A stretch of DNA of 64,000 bases from Lama guanicoe. Taxonomy: Eukaryota. The position numbers were made by a program, and so were the translations under genes. Within the stretch, counting starts at the first letter, position 1, and the number at the start of each line of letters is the position of its first letter. Positions 43,406-64,000 of the stretch are shown piece after piece. The DNA lies in the NCBI GenBank assembly GCA_013239625.1, contig MU053881.1:1178001-1242000 (forward strand), given 5' to 3'. The notes below the pieces were generated by a model. It was not told the origin of the DNA. It did not search any database and saw only the letters and a list, made by a program, of their open reading frames with translations.

Positions 43406-46277
43406 AGCCCTTCGCTTAACTCTGACACTGTGATTCTGGACAAGTCACAGACTATTCATCTATAAAGTGAGTATGATAACCATTGTCTAGCTGACAGGTA
43501 ATCACCCGCCCCCACAAACCTGGGGGTTTTGTATAAATTTCTTGGCACAATGTAGGTAAAGTGCACAGTGCCTGCCTGATAGTAAAGGCTTAGTGAATAT
43601 TACCTATAATGTGACCATATTTTCAAGCTATGATGGTACAAATAAAAATGACCAGAAAGGGGAAGAAAAGCTGCTGACAAAAGAAAACCTAGAAGACGAG
43701 GACGAAGATGAGAATTATGGCTTCCTTCTCGAGGACTAGCCACAAACACTTCCTTTACTGATATCATCACCAGTTTAGGTGAATTACCGTATCAGCCGCA
43801 GAACTGGGTCCTCCAGACCCAGCCTCTCCCGGCTGTCAGGAGTCCAGAGTATTTTCCTACCAGAGAATCTGTCAGAGCGGGGCCAAAGACATAAATTACT
43901 GCATTTTTTAACACCTCCCCAAATAATCCGGATACCACTTCCCTAATGAACACGTGTAACCGTGACATCTCTTCACTCATCATCCCAGCCCATCCCCGCT
44001 GCCTACTTAATAAGTTCCAGCACAGAGCACTGGCAACAGACGCCCCTCAGGATCCACTCTCAGACGACATACTCCTTGATAAAGAATAGCAGAAGTAACA
44101 TGACTGGATGGGATATTAAAAATCCTCCAGTCCACTCCTCTTTTTTGTTTTTTTTTTCAAATCAGCAAAGAAACTAAACACTGGAAGATACAAGATTTGT
44201 CCCAAGTTAAGCGGCTAGGAAATGGCAGAAGCAAAAGGCAAGTCTGCGTTCCCGAGGGCACCACCCTACAAAAGCACCATGGCTTGTGCAAAAACACCTA
44301 CACACTGCTTCTTCCTCAACCCTTACTGATTGATCCCAGTTTTAAAGGTCACTTACTGTCTGCAGCCAAGTTTCATGAAGTTTTGCCAACACTTCTGTCA
44401 TTTCTGTGAATTCTGACAACAATTTGCTCCTATCCCCTGGTGGCACTGGTCACAGATCCATCACGCACTGTAGCTGCTTATTACTATTGAACCAAATGAC
44501 CTCATAGTTCATGGCTCATTCACCTTTTTTAATCCCCAGTGACTCTTGAATATTCCTAATCAAATCTCAGGAGAAAAAAAACCTTAGCAATACATTAAAT
44601 GTAAACCTTTAAGTCTTAATAGTTCTCATCTCTAAAAAACAAAGTGGGTAAAACTTAGTATTCGGACCAATAACGGAAGTCTGTAAATAGTTACGTTAAG
44701 AAGGAGGAGTTACTTCTCCTGACACTAAGGCCAGGTAATTTTCATTCTGCATGTATTCCTCTCAGAATTCTCCTCATACGAAAGCTTTGTAATAATACAG
44801 TAACATCAGAAGCATTATGGTTAACTAATCAAGGTTAACTAATCAAGAATTGATCCAAATTTAATTTCACGTTACGTTCAAAAAGTACTGTACTATTTCT
44901 CCTAAATTCTGCCCCTGAGTTTTCTGGATATGTATGTTTTCCAGAAACAGGTTCCTGAGTCTCCCAGTTTACATGTAACCTGACTCTGCTTATAACTACT
45001 CCACTCCAACCTGAGATAGCCTTTTCCTAAAAGGCACTTTCCATGTAATGTACTGACCTATGGAGAGCTTCAGTTAGGTTTCAGTGCTGCTCCCTGGATA
45101 TTAATGCCCATTTCAACTTTTAACATAATGTCATGAGAGGAATGAAGATGGACATATTTGTACAGAACAAATTTTAATTCTAAACAGCATAACACAAAGC
45201 TATGCCAAAGTCCTACTCCTCTTTTACCTTCACCTAAATAAACTGATAGATAGCCTTTTGGTTTACTGATGTATCTTCTTGCCCACATAAGGCTCTGCTA
45301 AAATGACAGTACAAATATAAAAATTATATCAAGTCACTATATAACACAAGGAATTATACTCAATATCTTGTAATAACCTTTAATGAAAAAGAACATGAAA
45401 ATGAATGTATGTACGTACATGCATGACTGGGACACCAGAAATTGACACATTGTAACTGACTATATTGCAATTAAAAATTATATAAACTCAGATGAACAAA
45501 GAGAGTGTAAAAAGGGACAAAGTAGACAACAGTACTGTGGAAAAAAGAAAGCGGAGAGGGCTAATTTGCACAAGTCTCCCATAAAGACTGAATGCTTGGA
45601 AGCAGTAGGTAAAGGGAAGCAGGGGAGTGTGCCAAGGGGGGAGCAGAGAAAACAAGAAATTATTTTGAAAGTCCATCTATGAAACTATGCACCCGCACAC
45701 TCACATCAGACACAGAAAGCCGTCAACAGAAACCTACCCATCAGGGATGAGAAAAGAGGGTTAATTTTTTCCTTAGAGACACTGACTGGGAAGGACTGAG
45801 GTCTTAGGTACACAGGGTATGGCAGGGGTGAGGCATGGGACTAGAAACAAGGATATTATTTATAAACCTACTTACTTTCATATTCTTTTTCATTAAAGGT
45901 TATTACAAGATATTGAATATAGTTCCTTGTGCTAACAGTGAGTTAATACAATTTTTATACCTGTACTGTCATTTTAGCAGTGCCTTATGTGGGTAAGAAA
46001 GATCCATCTGTCCCCTCACCCACTGCTAGAATTCTGTAACAGTAAACTACTAATCTGATGCGAAGGCAGAACGAAGACATTTCAGACATGCGAGGACATG
46101 AAGTTCATCTCTCGTGCTTCCTTAGAATGCTGTTGGAGGATCTGCTCCAACAAAACTAAGGAGTAAACCATGAAAGAGGAATACACAGGATCCAAGAAAC
46201 AATGGATCTGATCTAAGAAATGAGTGAAAAGATCCAGCTGGAAAGACATAGACAATTTAGAAGGTGAGCAGTCTACA

Positions 46278-46900
46278 GCCATCATGGAAAACAGTATGGA
46301 GATTCCTCAAAAAAACTAAAAATAGACTTACCATTATAATCCAGCAACCCCACTCCTGGGCATACATCTGGAGGGAACTCTAATTCAAAAAGATACATGC
46401 ACCCAATGTTCACAGCAGCACTATTTACAAGTGCCAAGACATGGAAACAGCCTAAATGTCCATTGACAGATGACTGGATAAAGAAGTTGTGGTATATTTA
46501 CACAATGGAATACTACTCAGCCATAAAAACAATAACATAATGCCATTTGCAGCAACATGGATGGACATGGAGATCATCATTCTAAGTAAAGTAAGCTGGA
46601 AAGAGAAAGAAAAATACAATATGATATCATTCATATGTGGAATCTAAAAGAAAAGTGAGGACACTAATGAACTCACCTACAAAACAGAAACAGACTCACA
46701 GACATAGTAAACAATCTTATGGTTACCAGGGGAACGGGGTGGGAAGGGATAAATTTGGGAGTTTGAGATTTGCAAATGTTAACCACTATACACAAAAATA
46801 GATTAAAAAACAAATTTCCTCTGTATAGCACAGGGAACTATATTCAATATCTTTTAATAACCTTTAATGAAAAATTATTAAAAATAAATAAAAGAATAAG
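46278..46900 (+). mobile_element. Young L1 3' fragment
   Basis: GGAAAACAGTATGGAGATTCCTCAAAAAAACTAAAAATAGACTTACCA...; A-rich tail. Confidence 0.85.
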
Positions 46901-47799
46901 GAGGAGAAATGTTAAATATCTGAATAAATACAGATTTTTTAAAAAGTGAGTAGTCTAAACAAGGGGAGGACCAAGGATTCCAAACAGAGGAGAACAATGT
47001 AAAAGTTAAATAAAAGGGAAAAATGGCTGGCTCATATGCTAAAACATCTGAAAAGAATTAAGCATCTGTTGAAATTAATGTAAGCAAAACTGTAGGGCAG
47101 TTAACTTAGGAAAAATACAATGCTGGATAAAAAGAAAAATTTTATTCTAGGTTCCAGATCTGGATAACATGGAGTAAGTAGACTCCATCCTGGTCTCCTC
47201 CTCTAAATGCTGCTGTAAAACCTGGACAGAAAGCATGGAATAGCTATTTAAGGACCCAAGAAAGTAAGTGACAGGCAAATTTAGGGGGAACACTATGCTG
47301 TACACCAGAAACTGACACATTGTAACTGACCATACTTCAACTAAGGAGAAAAAAAGTGGGGAACGAGGAGCAATTATTCTCCTCTCAGGAGCTGGCACTG
47401 TCGCTGTTCATGGGTGCCTGTAGGCATTGAAGAATAGAACAAAGTCTACGTGCTAATTCCCTGCTGCACCCTCCTGCTGGGCAGAGAGGAATCGGCACTA
47501 GTCGTGGGTGTACCCACTGGGCAACTCCGAAGCATCCTAGGAGAGCACTAGTGTGGAAGGCGGGCCCAGGTCTGCTTCTCTGGCTCCTGTTTTTCTCCAG
47601 AGTCCAGGTGAAGGGGGGCGGGGTCCTAGCTCACATGTGAGTTCAACCTGTCCTCTGCCACGTATAGATTCGTGATGGCATAGGTGTGGGTGTGCGGGGA
47701 AGTCTGTGTGCACCAGGCTGGGGCAGGGAGGGGAGGATGGGCTGAATGTGCTGAGGATGGCGCATTACCAGCTCGGCAATGCTAATCCTGAAGGGTCCA

Positions 47800-50200
47800 A
47801 ACAGTGGTCCTCACCTGTCACGGTGTCTGTGTGGCTAACCAGTACAACTAGAAAATCGTGATGTGGGATTAACTGTTCCTCCTAGGAATCTCTGGTGTCC
47901 TGGGGCTGACCTGGCGGAGGGTGGGGTGGAGGGAGGTCCCTGTCAGTAACTGCTGGACCCTTTGCCTAACCCCGCAACATCAGCTGGCAGATGAGAAGGC
48001 GGCTGAGGGACTCTGAGTTCTCAAAAATGCACTTTTGGGGGTTAAGTCAAAGAAGGTGCCGGGGCAGGTCAGACTGCCTGCGTGGAGAACCATGCCATTT
48101 CAGATCAGAAACGGACGAGACAGCAATTGGGCAAAGGTTGGCTCCCTTAGTTGAGAAGGTCATTCGACAAGGTGTAAATCTTGGCAGATTATAATGAAGC
48201 CACTGCTAGTGGCCTGGCCAGATGAGCCGTGCTCCCGTAAGAGCATGAAGCTGGCACAAAGGCCCTGTTAGCAGAGCTAGGAGGCCATTTATTCACTTCG
48301 CCTCCCTGGACAGGGATGAGTGACGGGCATCTCAGGGGTCCAGTCTCACAAAGACCCAAGCCTGACAGGAGATGGGCTCGGGGGACGTGGATGTCACCAG
48401 ACGGAGGGCCTCCGGGCTGCACCCCTGCCGGCAGAGGTACAGCCACCGAGCTGTCACTGGGATGGATGGCGGCAGGTCTCGGCCCTAGCCCAGCCACAAG
48501 CCTGAACCAGGCAGCGGTAGCTCTCATCAAAAGCAAACAAAATGAACAACAAACTCGGCTGAGAAATGTGTTTCTGGTGGGGAAGTCAAGGTAAGGAGGT
48601 AACAGGACCAGGTAGGCCACAGGGATGGTACTGAAGACAGACATCGTTAGCAGTGAGCAGTTTTTCAAGTTTATTCTGGAACCTGGAGTTGCCAGCCACA
48701 TGAGGCTGCAGAGTGTGTGGGCCCAGAGCACAGAGGTTCACAGGAAACTCCTGAAATGCTGCCTCGCCTGCAGCTCAATAGGGAAGAAAGCAGGAGTCGC
48801 TGATCACCCGACAGGAGATGCCTCCCCACACCGATGGCCTTTATTAGATGGGAGCTGAGTTTACAGAACTCGGGCTCCAAAGCTGCTGGCAGCTTCCAAG
48901 TCCACGTTTAACCTGAGACCCACTGATCCTCCGTGACAGAGCACCCTCCCCCGTAACCCGGAGCCACGGCACTGCATCCATAGGGCCACACGGTGCCCAC
49001 CTTGACGGAGGACACTTCCCCAGACCAGGAGCCTGCCACTCGCCATCTTCATGACGTGGTGTGTCCCAGCTCCCGGGACTGCCACGCCCCCCACCCCAGT
49101 CCCTGTGCTGGGGGAGGGGAGGGGCCGCCAGAGGCTGAGTGCGGGAAGGCACATGGATGTCATATTACCCGGGATTTCTACTGACAGCGCTGAGAGATTC
49201 AGGATGGTGAGGGAACTGCACCTGCAGGACGAGATATCACTCAGAGTTCTGGGCACGGACACCGCCCGCCAGACCATGTCCCAGTGCTGTTGACCGCTCC
49301 ACGGAATTACTCCACACCCTGCCCACCACTCTCAGAAACGGGGTCGTCTTTAAGTAGTGAAGCACCCGGATGGACGAGAGGAAACGGCCACCTCCAAATG
49401 CAAAAGCAGACATTCAGAGCTCTCTGCCTTCCCAGTGAGCACAGAGTCGGTCCCTTCAGGAAAGTGGGCAAAAGCGGGGCAAGGACCAGGAGGCGGCGGT
49501 TCAATATTCCGGGAGTAACGAACCTACTCTGCGCGGCAGACAGAGGACTGCCTGGCCAAGGGAAAGCGAGGGGGGCAGAGGCTCCCGACAGCTGGTGCTG
49601 AGGCTCTGACCTCCCTTGTCACTTGCACATCCGGAAATGACAAGTCACAGAAGGGGATGGGGCCCCCAGGGGGCTGGGACTGTCACCCTGAGGCTGAGCA
49701 CGCCCCGGACTGCCGTGTGTAGAGGAGGCAGCATGCAGAACAGTGGTGGGGTCATGTCTGCACACACTAGGCCTCTCCTTTAGGTATCATCCCGGGGTCA
49801 GAGTCAAGCTGAGGACCAAACCGGGGAAAGCAAGAATTTTGACCAACCTCTGCCTCCCGGACAGAGGTCCCAGGTTCTGGAGGCTGGGTCTGTGCACCAC
49901 CCAGAATCGCAGGCTGTGCGTGAGGTCAGCTCGCCTCAGCCCTCAAGGGCAAGTGGCTGGGAGAAAGTGACCTGATGTCGCCGGTCAGGAGCTGCGAGAC
50001 CAAAAAGGGACAGGCCACTCGAATAAATCGTCCCAGGAGGAGAACACAGGTAAGAGCCAGTGGACACATGGACCCAGAGAGCTGACAAAAGGTGGTTTGA
50101 AGCAGAAGGCGGGGAACATAATTTATGTAACTCCTGGGCCGCTGCAGGGGTGACCACACTCTCCACGCTGGGTGCCAGCAGAGGGTGAGGAAAACAAAGG
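47800..50200 (+). mobile_element. Highly decayed class III (ERV-L-like) gag-pro-pol internal sequence
   Basis: Colinear peptide remnants MRRRLRD/LVEKVIRQ, WPDEP..SMK (gag-like), HMDVILPG...VLGTD (protease-like), RRFNIPG and LQG*PHSP at 50142-50165 (RT LPQG motif). Confidence 0.5.
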
Positions 50201-50579
50201 GCCCCATTCACGGGGGAGACTCTTTTCTATCAGGGGAACGAAGTAGAGTTAAAATGCTTACAGGCCATTTTCTTACTTTTTTGTTCCTCTGCTTTTCAAC
50301 CTTCATTTTTATAATTTGGTAATTTCTCTTAATAATCAACTAATTGCTATGTTGTTACTGAAGGTCCATTTTGGCTCTGATACTTGGTAACTCGGTCTGA
50401 TTCAACAGGACTGCCATTCAAATGAGGCAGTTCTGAACTATGAGTGTTTGGCATTCCTAAATTCTCCACACCTCCAGTACTGTGAAGCTCAACTCCCCGT
50501 AAACAAAAGGACTGTCTTCACGAGAGCCTCCAGGGTTATTCAGTCATCAGTACAGTCAGCCTCAGAGCTCGCTTCCGTG

Positions 50580-63021
<12,442 letters not shown>

Positions 63022-64000
63022 CCCTTCTTCTCTGATGAGGCCTTTTAAGGACAAGCAGAGCAGAACTCCTCAGGCTGGAAGCTTCTACACGCCTTTTACG
63101 AGGAGAGGCCTGGGTCAAAAGACATCACACAGCAGTCCAGAGTGGGGCTTTGAGCATGGCACTCTGGGGGTCCTCCAGCACCCCAAGCAGTCAGTTCTTA
63201 GTCCCTATTTGCTCCCACTCCTCTCTCCTCCTTCTGCGGGTATTTCTGCGGGCCGCCGCTACAAGGGGAATATAGCTCACCAGGCTGCTACTCCCACCAC
63301 CCTCCACCAATTTCCCCCCAGCAATCTGGGTCAAATTCTCCATATCTTCCCTTTTGTATCTTAAAATGCTCGACTTCTCCTTGAAGAAAGCCTGCCCCAG
63401 CCCCTTCTCACACTTTCTACACACCCTCTGGCCTTCTGCCCTTGTTATGCTGAGAGACCTAAGAAAGGTGTGTCTCCTACCTGGACACCTGCCTGAACCT
63501 AGGAGGGGAGTGAAGGAAATGGGCAAGGAGGGTCGTCTTTTCTCCTCAAAAAGGAAGCTAAGAAGTCTGGGGCTTCATTGTTGAGATGCTTCTCTGGCAG
63601 AGCCTTTTTCTGGCCTCAGGTCTCTCCCTCACTGGGGCCCTGTTTGGGTGACCTGGAGTCAAAAGTGGGCGAGAAGCAGTGTCTTTGCCGGGGTGAGGGG
63701 TAGGGGTGCAGGACGCAATGGATCTTAATCGCACACCCCTCCTCGTGCCCCCTGCCGCTCTGCCCCGTCCCCTGGGGAGCTGCTGCCCGGGCCTCAGCGA
63801 GTTCCGAATACAAGGCTCAGAACCACACGGGGAGCATCTACTCCAGAGCGTAAATGGGCTTCCCGGACTCTGTTCCAAGATAACGCCAGAGGCCCTGACC
63901 GCATCCTCCTCCACATGCACCCGCGGATTTGGACCCCTAACCCAAGTGCCCACATCTGGCCTTTTTGTCCTGGGAGTCAAACCTTAGCCATACATCCAGA

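Noticed and set aside
48189..48731. 180-aa hydrophobic minus-strand ORF suggesting a GPCR fragment
   Set aside because: No class C or rhodopsin motifs; better explained as the antisense of a decayed ERV.

Overview
Mammalian genomic DNA, very likely a camelid: it carries six tRNA-derived Vic-1-type SINEs. It matches the ZNF879-GRM6-ZNF454 cluster (syntenic with human 5q35.3, from memory). Three intact spliced genes could be assembled by hand with GT-AG introns and consistent phases: KRAB-ZNF ZNF879 (minus, 567 aa, 13 fingers), GRM6/mGluR6 (plus, 10 coding exons, 870 aa) and KRAB-ZNF ZNF454 (minus, 527 aa, 12 fingers). A decayed KRAB-ZNF terminal exon lies antisense just downstream of GRM6. The rest is mostly L1, L2, MaLR, ERV-L, solo LTR and SINE repeats. 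No wholly new protein-coding system was found. The most interesting signals are regulatory. (1) The segment matching the known ~200 bp Grm6 ON-bipolar enhancer reads as an antisense fragment of LINE-1 ORF2 reverse transcriptase. (2) A strong CTCF motif lies between that enhancer and the ZNF879 promoter. (3) An inverted duplication ~1.2 kb upstream of GRM6 has doubled an OTX2/CRX site. (4) Alternative acceptors would give truncated, soluble mGluR6 forms. (5) There is an apparent L1 3' transduction. Repeat family names and comparisons with human or mouse come from memory, not from searches; repeat boundaries are approximate unless TSDs are given.
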